A stretch of DNA of 64,000 bases from an uncultured Candidatus Rokubacteria bacterium. Its GTDB lineage: Bacteria; Methylomirabilota; Methylomirabilia; Rokubacteriales; CSP1-6. Positions within the stretch are counted from its first letter, which is position 1, and each line of letters opens with the position of its first letter. The notes under the pieces are model-generated. The model was not told the origin of the DNA. It ran no database searches and was given only the letters and a program-made list of their open reading frames with translations. Positions 30,790 to 40,454 of the stretch are shown piece after piece. The DNA lies in assembly GCA_963789955.1 (NCBI GenBank), contig CAWBMV010000037.1:468984-532983 (forward strand). Direction: 5' to 3'. A program made the position numbers and the translations under genes.

Positions 30790-32583
30790 TTGGACTTCAT
30801 GGATCCGCCCTTGACCCCCGGCCGCAGCATCCAGAGGCGTCTCGTCGCGGTGGCGTTTGCCGATGTCGCCGACTTCAGCAAGCTCATGGAGTCGGACGAC
30901 ACCCAGACCATTCTCAAGTGGAAGGCGCTGCGGGAGAACCTCCTCGAGCCGAAAATCGCCGAGCACGGTGGACACCTGCTACAGGTGATGGGCGACGGCC
31001 TCTTCATCGAGTTCGAGAGCGTGGTGTCCGCCGTCCGATGGGCGCACGACGTCCAGCGGGCCATCGCCCAGTCCGCCGACGACAGTGACCGTGAGCACCT
31101 CTCGATGCGCATCGGTATCAACGTCGAGGACGTGATCGTCGACGGCGACAAGCGGCACGGCGACGGCGTCAACATCGCCGCCCGGATCCAGCAGCTGGCG
31201 AGCCCGGGCGAGGTCGTCATGACCGCCGCCGTACGCGACTACGTATGGAACAAGCTCGGGGTCGAGCTGACCGACCTCGGCGAGCGCCAGCTCAAGAACA
31301 TAAGCCGGCCCGTGCGCGTCTATCGGCTGGAGCGGGAGAGCGACATCCGTGCTCCCCGCCGCCTCGTCCAGCCGCACTTGACCTGGAACAATCGTCCATC
31401 GATCGCCGTGATGCCGTTCAAGAATCTCGGCGGTGATCCACGCGAAGAGTATTTCGGCGAAGGCATCACCGAGGACATCATCGGCGCCCTGGCGCACAAC
31501 CGGTCGCTCCTCGTCATCGCGCGGCACTCGACCTTGCAGTACCGCGACCGGCACGCCGACGCCCGGCAGATCGCATCGGAGCTCGGCGTGCGATACGTCC
31601 TCGACGGCAGCGTTCGGCGTCAGGTGGAAAAGCTTCGGATCGCGGTCGACTTGATCGACGCCGGCCAGAACCGGACGATCTGGGCGGAACGGTACGACGG
31701 AGCTGTCGCCGAGCTGTTCGAATTCCAGGACCGCATCGCCGCGAACGTGGTCGCGACGATCGAGCCGCGCGTGTACGAGGCCGAAGCCGAGCGCGTGCGC
31801 AGCAAACCGACTGACAGCCTCGACGCCTACGATTGCGTGCTCCGCGCCTTCCCGTTGCTCTACACCTCCGACGAGCGCGCGTTCATGGCGGCCGGCACCT
31901 TCCTCGATCGCGCGATCGAGCTGGATCCTTCCTACGCGCAGGCGTGGGCGCACAAAGCCTGGTGGTACATCCTGCTCATCGGCGAATGGAGATCGAGGGC
32001 AACTGCGGACGATCTGACCAAGGCCTTGCTCACCGCGCAGAGAGGTCTCCAGCTCGATCAGACGGACGCGTTCGTGCTCGCGGTCGCTGCCCACACGGAG
32101 GCGTTCATTGGTAGTCGGCCTGAAAGCGCTCTCGAAATGTCTGAGCGCTCGCTTCAACTCAACAAGAATTCGGCGTTCGCGTGGCTGATCAATGCCGTCA
32201 TCTGCTGCTATCTCGGACGGCCGGACGAGGCGCTAGACAGGCTGCGCAACGCGTGGCGAATGAGTCCGTTCGACCCGCTCACGTTCTTCTTCTGGGGCGT
32301 TGCCGGATTCGCGGAGTTCATCGCGGGGAGGTATGAAGAGTCCCTGGTCTGGCTGACGAAAGCGCTACGAAGCCACCCCGAGCATCTTGCCGCCCACCGG
32401 AATCTCGCGGCCTGCCTGGCTCAACTGGGCCGGCTCGAAGAGGCGAAAGTGGCCGCCGCAGACCTCCTGGCGCGCGAGCCTACCTTTCGAATCTCGGCGT
32501 TCGAGTCGAAATATCCGCTGCGCCGCCCGGACGATCGCGAACGATTGATCGCAGGGCTTCGTGCAGCCGGCTTACCCGAATAG
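30790..32583 (+). CDS. Class III nucleotide cyclase + TolB-like segment + TPR protein (CyaF-type architecture)
   Basis: FADVADFS, GDG, RIGIN, GDGVNIAAR; SIAVMPFKNL..EYFGEGITED; TPR-like C-terminus. Confidence 0.93.
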   Translation: MDFMDPPLTPGRSIQRRLVAVAFADVADFSKLMESDDTQTILKWKALRENLLEPKIAEHGGHLLQVMGDGLFIEFESVVSAVRWAHDVQRAIAQSADDSDREHLSMRIGINVEDVIVDGDKRHGDGVNIAARIQQLASPGEVVMTAAVRDYVWNKLGVELTDLGERQLKNISRPVRVYRLERESDIRAPRRLVQPHLTWNNRPSIAVMPFKNLGGDPREEYFGEGITEDIIGALAHNRSLLVIARHSTLQYRDRHADARQIASELGVRYVLDGSVRRQVEKLRIAVDLIDAGQNRTIWAERYDGAVAELFEFQDRIAANVVATIEPRVYEAEAERVRSKPTDSLDAYDCVLRAFPLLYTSDERAFMAAGTFLDRAIELDPSYAQAWAHKAWWYILLIGEWRSRATADDLTKALLTAQRGLQLDQTDAFVLAVAAHTEAFIGSRPESALEMSERSLQLNKNSAFAWLINAVICCYLGRPDEALDRLRNAWRMSPFDPLTFFFWGVAGFAEFIAGRYEESLVWLTKALRSHPEHLAAHRNLAACLAQLGRLEEAKVAAADLLAREPTFRISAFESKYPLRRPDDRERLIAGLRAAGLPE

Positions 32584-32651
32584 CTGGTGCTGTTCGGCGG
32601 GAATGTGAGTAGTCGGGTGTCTCACGCTTCGGGTGCAAGGGGGATGCGCGC

Positions 32652-33596
32652 ATGGGCTACGGCTACGGGTACGGCTACGGTTACGGGTATGGCTACGGTT
32701 ACGGGTACGGCTACGGCGGCGGGCAGGGCGGCGGTGGGGCGCTCAAGAACATGCCCCTGGAGCTCGCGCCCAAGCCGTGGACGCTCGACTACACGCCGGA
32801 CCTCAGCGGCAACCCGGATCTCCCGCAAGGCCAGCTGCCTGGCGCGGGCCTCCAGTACCCGCACAACCTATGGGACCCGGCATTAGTCGCGGGGCTCGCG
32901 GCGACCGAGTTCGCGGCGCAGATTACTACCTGGGGAGCATTTAATACTGATCCGGCGGTCTTGACGCCGGCGGAACTGGGCTGGAACGGTTCCGCATCGT
33001 CTAACCAGACGTTCATCACGAACGAGCTCAACTATTTGCTGGCCCTCATGGCCGACGACCGCGACCGCTACATGCCGGAGATCCTCGCGCAGGCCGAGGG
33101 CGCCCCGCTCTATTGGTTCCAGTTGCTGAACTTGGGCGCGGGCGAAAGGCCCGCGACGAACGCGCTGATCAACTTCGCTCAGCGCGTCGGGGAAATCGCC
33201 GCGCTCCACTTCAAGAACATCTACGCGCGGGTACGCCCGTCGATGCTATGCGCGGGACTTCTGCTGCCCTTCGGGCCACCGCGCCATCCCGCGTTTCCGA
33301 GCGGACATTCACTCACCGGGCACCTGACCAGCTACATTCTCAAAGAAATCACCGAGGTCCAGAACAGTGTCGGCACGGAACTAGTATGGCTTGCCGACCG
33401 CGTCGCAAAGAACCGCGAGCGTGCCGGGCTTCACTACCCTTCCGATAGCGCCGCCGGGCAGAAGCTAGCACAGAAGATCGAGAGCTGGTTGGTGTCGCCG
33501 GCCGGGAACACCGCGTGCCCCATGTTCGCGGCAATACTCGATCGCGCAAAGAAGGAGGCTACGGCGGTCACCGCTACTGCAAGCCAGTGGTGGTAG
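32652..33596 (+). CDS. PAP2/vanadium-haloperoxidase-superfamily enzyme with N-terminal (GY)10 tract
   Basis: K-x6-RP (KNIYARVRP), PSGH and R-x5-H-x3-D (RERAGLHYPSD); purine-rich RBS before ATG at 32652. Confidence 0.88.
   Translation: MGYGYGYGYGYGYGYGYGYGYGGGQGGGGALKNMPLELAPKPWTLDYTPDLSGNPDLPQGQLPGAGLQYPHNLWDPALVAGLAATEFAAQITTWGAFNTDPAVLTPAELGWNGSASSNQTFITNELNYLLALMADDRDRYMPEILAQAEGAPLYWFQLLNLGAGERPATNALINFAQRVGEIAALHFKNIYARVRPSMLCAGLLLPFGPPRHPAFPSGHSLTGHLTSYILKEITEVQNSVGTELVWLADRVAKNRERAGLHYPSDSAAGQKLAQKIESWLVSPAGNTACPMFAAILDRAKKEATAVTATASQWW
32655..32714 (+). repeat. Coding GGN-TAY hexamer repeat, 10 copies (Gly-Tyr)
   Basis: ggctac/gggtac/ggttac/gggtat units that vary only at synonymous positions. 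Confidence 0.95.
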
Positions 33597-33622
33597 AGGT
33601 CGAACGGCGAGAGGTCACCGAC

Positions 33623-36232
33623 TCAACTGATCATGACCGTGACCAAGCCGAGATTGTTATCGCAGGCGACGAGGATGTTGATCGGACTCGCGATACTGAC
33701 ACAGGGATGCTTGGTCGCCGGGTCGATGTTCGAGAGGTCCGCGTCGCAAGAAGCCGCGGCGAGGATCGCGTATGCCTGAGGAGCGCTGGGCGGCGTCCAG
33801 CTGAACGGACCAAAGGTCTTGGCCCCGCGCGTCGAGCCCGTTCGGCCCGGCACGGTGCCGGTCTTGCTCCCCACTGGCTGCCATTTGCTGTCGGGATAGT
33901 CGGGGATCACGCCGGCCACGACAGGCGTGACCCAGACATCGACACGTGTATTCGTGGCCGCTACCGCACCGCGATTGTGCACCTTCACGTGGATCCTTCG
34001 CGTTGCCGACCAGACGAACTTCGTCACCTTCAAAGAGTTGGGATTCGCGCGCCAGGCGGATCCAAATAGATCGACCGGAGAGTACGGTCCCTCCGGCTTG
34101 GGCCGCAGATCCTCGATGTGGAGATCGACGGTGGCTACCTCATCCGCCCCGCTCACCGTCGGAGAGGGCTCCGGCATGGCGCTGAGGCCCTGCCGTTCGA
34201 ATGCCCACCGGACGACCTTCTGGATCGTCCCGCCGACGTAACCACCCGGTCCGGGAGCCGTCGCCGTAGCCGTCTCGACATTCCTCATCAGCTCCGCGAA
34301 CTGGCCGGGCGACGTCGACGGCGTCACCACCGCGGGCCCAAGCGACTGGATCGTGCGCATGATCAGATACGCACAATAGTCCGCCGCCTTCTGGCGTTCC
34401 GATACGGCGGGAATGGGTTTCCCACCAGCTATCGTCTGCGAGTCCCCGCCGATCGCGCGATAGAGACGAAACAGCGACGACGAGAGGATCTGCTCGGCCC
34501 AGTAGCCGCGCTTGTCGGAGAGTCCGGGGACAACAAAATACACTTCGCGCTGGTACAGCGGGCCGGTCCAGCTCCACCCGTCCCGCGCAGCGCGGTCGTG
34601 CCGGCGCGGAATCAGCACCCAGGGGAACGTGACGCCGCGCCATGGACCATTGTTGGCCAGCGTCGCATTCTGGTCGTTAGCGAGCTGGGAGCCGGGATCG
34701 GACAAGATCGCCGCCAGCGCGTCGCCAGCACTATGAGCGAAGCGGAATTCGAGATCTCCAACCGCCGCCGTGATCAGGACATGGCTGTACTCGTGCCAGC
34801 ACCAGCGCGGGTCGCTCGCCACCCCGAGCGGTGATTTTTCAACCGCCGACGGCATGTTGGCGGGGAGCCGCCCGACAGCACTTTCGAGATCGCCGAGCGC
34901 CAAGCGGACTTCGATGGTTCCCTTGCTCGGCTTTCCGTCCGAGTCAGGTCGCAGGGTCCAGCGGACCTGCGCATTGACCGTTCGGCCGTCGCCGTACCCA
35001 GGCACGATGCCCGCGCGATATCGCACATCGATCGGCCGTTCGACGAACTTGAAATAGTCGGCCGGCGACAGGCCGTATTGCCTCAGTCGCTGGAACAAGT
35101 CGCTCGTGTGGTAGAAGGCGTTGACGGCTGCGAACGTGTTGGTCCGGACGTGGTCGTGGACCGCCGGCGCGACTTCTTTGGTGGCGCCTTCCGCCAACGG
35201 CGGATCGACCAGACGCGAGTTGGTCACCCAGAAATCGGGATCGGGAGGCACGTGGGGGTCGGGGTCCACGAGCTGCACGTTCGGGCCGGACCCGGCCGGA
35301 AGATTGCCAAGCTGCGTGTTGACGCGCTCGGGATCGAGCACCAGCCAGGAGCGGCTCGGGCGGAGCCGCGTGAAATGCTTGGCTCCGTTTCGAGAGATGG
35401 GATCCTGGACGAACAGGTCGGCGTCGGCCGACGCGATCAACGGCCGCCGAGCCAGCGGCTCGAGACGGTCCGGGAACTTGTCGTTCGCGCGCATGACCAG
35501 CAGATACGAAGTCTCCTCGTACGGATGATCGTCATCGGCGTAGTTCGGCAGTATGGCGGTCTTCGCGAAGATGATCGGAGACTGCTTCTCGTGCTCGCTC
35601 GGCAGTCTCACACCGACCTCGACAACCTCGACCTCCTCCGGCAGACCGAACGCCCTCGCGATGCGCTCGGCGCTGTGCTCGAGCATGGCGGCAGATATTC
35701 TCTCCACCGGTGGCTGGGGCAAGGTCGAGGCGACGGACGTGATACGGATCAGGTTTTGCGCCGCCGGCGGCCCTGTCTGAATCAGGATCCGCAGACCTTG
35801 GCCGCCGAACAAAGGGGTGGGCGCCGACATGGTCGGCGCCGCGAACCAGAGACCAGCGAGCAGTACGGCCGTCCGATCGAGTACGGTGCCGGTCCTCGGA
35901 CGAGACGGAGCGTTGAGCCCGGCCTGGCGCGTGACCCAGTAGGAATGCCGCGGATCCGTGGAATCGCGTAACCAATAGAGCGCCGTCTCCGGCAGCGTGC
36001 TGATCGACGGGTTGTCGAGAAGATCAGCCAGCCATTCGGGCGGAAGCTGCAGCCGCGTGTTGGCAAGCGCCAGATACCGATTGGCGATATCGAAGAGCCC
36101 GGACCACCCCGTCCCGGCCTCGTCCCAGACTTCCTCGTACGGATAGCCGTCGTGGCGGACCAGTGAAACAGGCAGCCCGGTCGGGGGCTCGACGAACACC
36201 GCTGGGTGGTTTGGGTTCCAGGGCACCGGCAT
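33623..36232 (-). CDS. Large zinc metalloprotease-like protein (M36/M4-like) with C-terminal beta-rich domain
   Basis: 869-aa uninterrupted ORF; VNAFYH, HEYSH, AHSAGDALA; C-terminal VKVHNRG..NTRVDVW; GAGGGAGG RBS. Confidence 0.75.
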   Translation of the reverse strand: MPVPWNPNHPAVFVEPPTGLPVSLVRHDGYPYEEVWDEAGTGWSGLFDIANRYLALANTRLQLPPEWLADLLDNPSISTLPETALYWLRDSTDPRHSYWVTRQAGLNAPSRPRTGTVLDRTAVLLAGLWFAAPTMSAPTPLFGGQGLRILIQTGPPAAQNLIRITSVASTLPQPPVERISAAMLEHSAERIARAFGLPEEVEVVEVGVRLPSEHEKQSPIIFAKTAILPNYADDDHPYEETSYLLVMRANDKFPDRLEPLARRPLIASADADLFVQDPISRNGAKHFTRLRPSRSWLVLDPERVNTQLGNLPAGSGPNVQLVDPDPHVPPDPDFWVTNSRLVDPPLAEGATKEVAPAVHDHVRTNTFAAVNAFYHTSDLFQRLRQYGLSPADYFKFVERPIDVRYRAGIVPGYGDGRTVNAQVRWTLRPDSDGKPSKGTIEVRLALGDLESAVGRLPANMPSAVEKSPLGVASDPRWCWHEYSHVLITAAVGDLEFRFAHSAGDALAAILSDPGSQLANDQNATLANNGPWRGVTFPWVLIPRRHDRAARDGWSWTGPLYQREVYFVVPGLSDKRGYWAEQILSSSLFRLYRAIGGDSQTIAGGKPIPAVSERQKAADYCAYLIMRTIQSLGPAVVTPSTSPGQFAELMRNVETATATAPGPGGYVGGTIQKVVRWAFERQGLSAMPEPSPTVSGADEVATVDLHIEDLRPKPEGPYSPVDLFGSAWRANPNSLKVTKFVWSATRRIHVKVHNRGAVAATNTRVDVWVTPVVAGVIPDYPDSKWQPVGSKTGTVPGRTGSTRGAKTFGPFSWTPPSAPQAYAILAAASCDADLSNIDPATKHPCVSIASPINILVACDNNLGLVTVMIS

Positions 36233-36456
36233 GACGGTCCTCCCTCAGGGATCGTGAAGAAGGCTCTTGCGGCAACTCGACGACATCATGTCACGGTTGG
36301 CGTTCGAACACAGCCCAGATGCAGGCGCCCGGGGCGCGCCGGGCCTCCGCGATGACCCGCATCGCGCACTACCTCCCTGCGCGCTTCCCGTGCTACGCTC
36401 CTCGCCTCCGGAGCCGAATTCTTCTCTGACGACGAGGAATCCGTGGAGCGTGCGGC

Positions 36457-37359
36457 GTGAGCCACAGCCAGACGAGTCTCGAGGTTCGTGACGCGCGCCT
36501 GGCCGCAGTCGTCGGCCCCGACGTCACCTTCGAGAAGATCGCCAGCGGCTGCCTCTTCACCGAGGGACCGCTCTGGCATCCGCGCGGCCGCTACCTCCTC
36601 TGGAGCGACATGCCCGGTGATCACCTGCGTCGCTGGTCGGCAAGCGACGGCGTCACCACGTTCCGCAAGCCGTGCGCGAAGTCGAACGGGCTCACGTGGG
36701 ACCGCCAGGGTCGCCTGCTCGCCTGCGAGCACGCCACGAGCCGCGTGACGGTGACCCTCGCTGACGGATCCACACAGCCGGTCGCCACGCACTGGAACGG
36801 CAAGGAGCTGAACAGCCCCAACGACATCGTGTGCGCCGCCGACGGCGGCGTCTACTTCAGCGATCCACCGTACGGTCGCGCCGAGTTCTTCGGCGTGCAG
36901 CGCCCTCAAGAGCTCGGCTTCCAGGGCGTCTTTCGGGCAGGCGCCGATCCGAAGTCCCCCACGCTGCTCGTCGACGACTTCGACCGCCCCAACGGACTCT
37001 GTTTCTCGCTCGACGGACGGCGTCTCTTCGTGAACGACACGGCCCGGCAGCACATCCGCGTCTTCGACGTGAAGAGCGACGGGACCTTGGCCGGCGGCCG
37101 CGTGTGGGCCGAGACGAAGGGCGAGGGCAAGGGCGCGCCCGACGGAATGAAGCTCGACTCGCAGAGCAACGTCTACTGCTGCGGGCCGGGCGGGATCCAC
37201 GTGTTCAGTCCCGACGCCGTCGACCTCGGCGTGATTCGCGTCCCGGAGTACACGGCCAACATGGCCTGGGGCGACGACGATCTCCGCTCTCTTTACATCA
37301 CCGCCTCCACCTCGGTATACCGTATCCGCGTACGGGTCCCGGGGCTGGCGGCGCTCTGA
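36457..37359 (+). CDS. SMP-30/gluconolactonase family protein
   Basis: FTEGPLW, SNGL, LNSPND, PNGLCFS, PDGMKLD. Confidence 0.93.
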   Translation: MSHSQTSLEVRDARLAAVVGPDVTFEKIASGCLFTEGPLWHPRGRYLLWSDMPGDHLRRWSASDGVTTFRKPCAKSNGLTWDRQGRLLACEHATSRVTVTLADGSTQPVATHWNGKELNSPNDIVCAADGGVYFSDPPYGRAEFFGVQRPQELGFQGVFRAGADPKSPTLLVDDFDRPNGLCFSLDGRRLFVNDTARQHIRVFDVKSDGTLAGGRVWAETKGEGKGAPDGMKLDSQSNVYCCGPGGIHVFSPDAVDLGVIRVPEYTANMAWGDDDLRSLYITASTSVYRIRVRVPGLAAL

Positions 37360-37407
37360 GCGACGACTATCCCCCGGACGAAACGACTCTCGATAGGAGG
37401 CTCTCTC

Positions 37408-38591
37408 ATGCTGCACGTCCTCACCCTGCTTCTGGCCGCACTCCTGGCATTCCCCCTCGCCGCCGAGGCGCAGAAGCCGATCAAGGTCGGTATGCCCATG
37501 CCGCTCTCGGGCCCGCCCGCCCTCTTCGGCGATCCCGCGTCGAAGGGCGCCCAGATGTTCGTCGACGAGATCAACGCCAAGGGCGGCGTGCTCGGCCGCA
37601 AGATCGAGCTGCTCGTGCGCGACTCCAAGGCGGACGCCAACGAAGCGGTTCGCGTGGCGCGTGAGCTCATCCTGAAAGAGAATGTCGACTTCCTGGTCGG
37701 CACCCTGACCTCGGCCGAAGGGCCGGCGGTCTCGGTCGTCGCCAAGGAAAACAAGATCGTCTTCATCGCGCCGATCCCGAAGACCGATCAGCTCACCGCC
37801 GCCGACAAGCTGCATCCGTACGTGTTCCGCGTGGCGGCCACCACCACGATGGAAGGGCGGAGCGCCGCCGAGATCGTCGCGAAGTGGCCGGTGACGAAGA
37901 TCGCGACGTCAGCTTCGACTACGCCTACGGCCAGGACGTCACCAAGGCGTTCATCGAGCACCTGAAGAAGATCAAGCCGAGCGTCGAGATCGTCGACCAG
38001 CAGTGGCCCAAGCTCGGCGAGCAGGACTACAACCCGTTCATCAACGCGCAGATGGCCAAGAAGCCCGAGGCCATCTTCTCGTCGATCTGGGGCGGCTTCT
38101 TCGTGACCTACTCGAAGCAGGCCAAGGCGCTCGGCGTCTTCGACGCGATCAAGTACAACTTCATCGGCGTCGGCGAGGCGGCCACACCGGAGACGACGAA
38201 GTCGATGGGCGCGGACTACCCGGTCGGCATCTGGGGCAACTCGTACGACGCGTTCTACTGGGGCGAGACGGCGGCGCACCGCGACTACACGGCGCGGCTG
38301 TCGAAGTATCTGAAGGACGAGTATCCGTCGTCGTGGGCGGTCCAGGGCTACATCGGCATGCAGTTCCTGACCGAGGCGATCAAGAAGGCCGGGAGCACGG
38401 ATTCGGACAAGGTCGCCAAGGCGCTGCTCGGGCTGACGGTCGAGACGCCGGTCGGCCCGCTGACGATCCGCGAGAAGGACCACCAGGCCAACCGCGGCCA
38501 GCTCTACGGCAAGACGGTGAAGGACCCGAAGTATCCGTTCGCCATCATGAAGCCCGTGACGTATGTCGATCCGTCGAGGTTCATGGACTAG
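37408..38591 (+). CDS. LivJ/K-type ABC substrate-binding protein, frameshift near 37908
   Basis: Signal peptide, EINAKGGVLGRKIE, DYAYGQD, IREKDHQ. Confidence 0.9.
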
Positions 38592-38595
38592 GTAG

Positions 38596-39480
38596 GTGCC
38601 CGACGCGTCGTTTGTCTTCGCGCAGAGCCTGAGCGGCCTCACGGCCGCGATGTTCCTGTTCCTGATCGCGTCGGGCCTGTCCTTGATCTTCGGGGTGCTG
38701 CGCGTGCTCAATTTCGCGCACGGCACCTTCTACATGCTGGGCGCGTATCTCGCGTACCAGTTCATGCTGTGGCTCGGGCCGGGCCCGGGCCTCTTCTGGA
38801 TCGCCGCCCTCGGCGCGGCCCTCGGGATCGCGCTGCTGGGCGGCGTCGTCGAGCGCCTGCTCTTCCGTCACCTCTACGGCAAGGAAGAGCTGTATCAGCT
38901 CCTCTTCACCTATGCGCTCGGACTGATCCTCAGCGACGCGGCGAAGATCGTCTGGGGAACGCAGCAGAAGTCGGTGAGCCGGCCGCCGGAGCTGGCCGGC
39001 TCCTTCATGCTCTTCGGCACCACGATCCCGCAGTACAACTTGTTCATCATCGTGCTCGGACCGAGCATCGCGCTGGCGTTCTGGTTCGTGTTGCAGCGCA
39101 CGCGAGCGGGCCGCTTCATCCGCGCCGCCGCCCTCGACCGCGAGACGCTCGGTGCGCTCGGCGTCAACGTCAACGCGCTGTACACAGGGGTCTTCATGCT
39201 GGCGTCGTTCCTCGGCGGCCTCGGGGGCGCGCTGATCAGTCCGATGCGCGCCACGACGCCGGGGATGGACACCGAGGTGATCGTCGAGGCATTCGTGGTC
39301 GTCGTGATCGGCGGACTCGGCTCGCTCTGGGGGACGTTCCTCGGCGCGGTCGTCTACGGGCAGGTGCTCTCGTTCGGGATCCTGTTCTTCCCGCGCTTCT
39401 CGATCTTCGCGGTCTTCGCCCTCATGGCGGCGGTGCTCATCATCCGCCCGTGGGGCCTCCTGGGACGGCCGCTCCGGTGA
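38596..39480 (+). CDS. LivH-type ABC permease
   Basis: GLSLIFGVLRVLNFAHG, VIGGLGS, RPWGLLG. Confidence 0.93.
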   Translation: MPDASFVFAQSLSGLTAAMFLFLIASGLSLIFGVLRVLNFAHGTFYMLGAYLAYQFMLWLGPGPGLFWIAALGAALGIALLGGVVERLLFRHLYGKEELYQLLFTYALGLILSDAAKIVWGTQQKSVSRPPELAGSFMLFGTTIPQYNLFIIVLGPSIALAFWFVLQRTRAGRFIRAAALDRETLGALGVNVNALYTGVFMLASFLGGLGGALISPMRATTPGMDTEVIVEAFVVVVIGGLGSLWGTFLGAVVYGQVLSFGILFFPRFSIFAVFALMAAVLIIRPWGLLGRPLR

Positions 39481-40454
39481 ACGCGCGCGGACTCGCGGCG
39501 GACGCGGTGTTCGTGGCGGCGCTCCTGGTCCCGGCGCTCGGCTCGCGCTTCTACACGTTCCTGGCCAACGACGTGATCATCTGGGCGCTCTTCGCGACCA
39601 GCCTGAACCTGCTCGTCGGCTACACCGGGCTCGTGTCCTTCGGCCACGCCGCGTACTTCGGCGTCGGCGCGTACGTCACCGGCATCCTGATGAAGAGGCT
39701 CGCGGTGCCGTTCTTCCTGGCCTGGCCGGCGGCCGGGATCTTCGGCGCGGCGTGCGCGCTCGTCTTCGGCTTCTTCTGCGTGCGGCTCACGCGCATCTAC
39801 TTCGCGATGCTCACCCTCGCGTTCGCCCAGATCGTGTGGGCGATCTGCTTCAAGTGGAACGAGCTCACCGGCGGCGAGCAGGGCATGCCGGAGATCCCCT
39901 ACCCGGACTTCGGCTGGCTCGAGCGCGTGGGCGCCAGCGTGCCGCTGCTGAGCTGGCGAACGGCCGAGTACTTCTACTTCCTCACGGTGGTCCTGGTCGC
40001 GGCGAGCCTGTGGGCGCTCCATCGCGTCGTCCACTCGCCGTTCGGCCGCATGCTGACGACGATCCGCGAGAACGCGGAGCGCGCCGAGTTCATCGGCATC
40101 AACGTGCGGCGGTACGAGCTCGCCGCGTTCGTGCTGGCCGGCGCGTTCGCCGGGCTCGCCGGCGGGCTCTTCGGCATCTTCAACCGCGGCGTGTTCCCGG
40201 ATTTCGCGTACTGGACGAAGTCGTCCGAGGTGCTGATCATGACCTTGCTCGGCGGCATGGGGACCTTCCTCGGCCCGAGTATCGGTGCGCTCGTCCTGAT
40301 TCTCCTGAACCAGCAGATCGTGTCGTACACCGAGTACTGGCCGCTCGTGCTCGGCACCGTCCTGGTGGTGCTCCTGTTCGGCTTCCCGGGCGGCATCGCC
40401 GGCGCCGTCGGCGCGCTCTCGGGGCGCCTCTTCCGTCGGGTGCGCCGTGCTTGA
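39477..40454 (+). CDS. LivM-type ABC permease
   Basis: LLVGYTGLVSFGHAAYFG, SPFGR..IRENAERA. Confidence 0.92.
   Translation: MNARGLAADAVFVAALLVPALGSRFYTFLANDVIIWALFATSLNLLVGYTGLVSFGHAAYFGVGAYVTGILMKRLAVPFFLAWPAAGIFGAACALVFGFFCVRLTRIYFAMLTLAFAQIVWAICFKWNELTGGEQGMPEIPYPDFGWLERVGASVPLLSWRTAEYFYFLTVVLVAASLWALHRVVHSPFGRMLTTIRENAERAEFIGINVRRYELAAFVLAGAFAGLAGGLFGIFNRGVFPDFAYWTKSSEVLIMTLLGGMGTFLGPSIGALVLILLNQQIVSYTEYWPLVLGTVLVVLLFGFPGGIAGAVGALSGRLFRRVRRA

Noticed and set aside
36290..36430. Short hairpins at the right edge of the cyclase/PAP2/protease module as mobile-element ends
   Set aside because: No matching repeat found at the left edge and no transposase or integrase nearby
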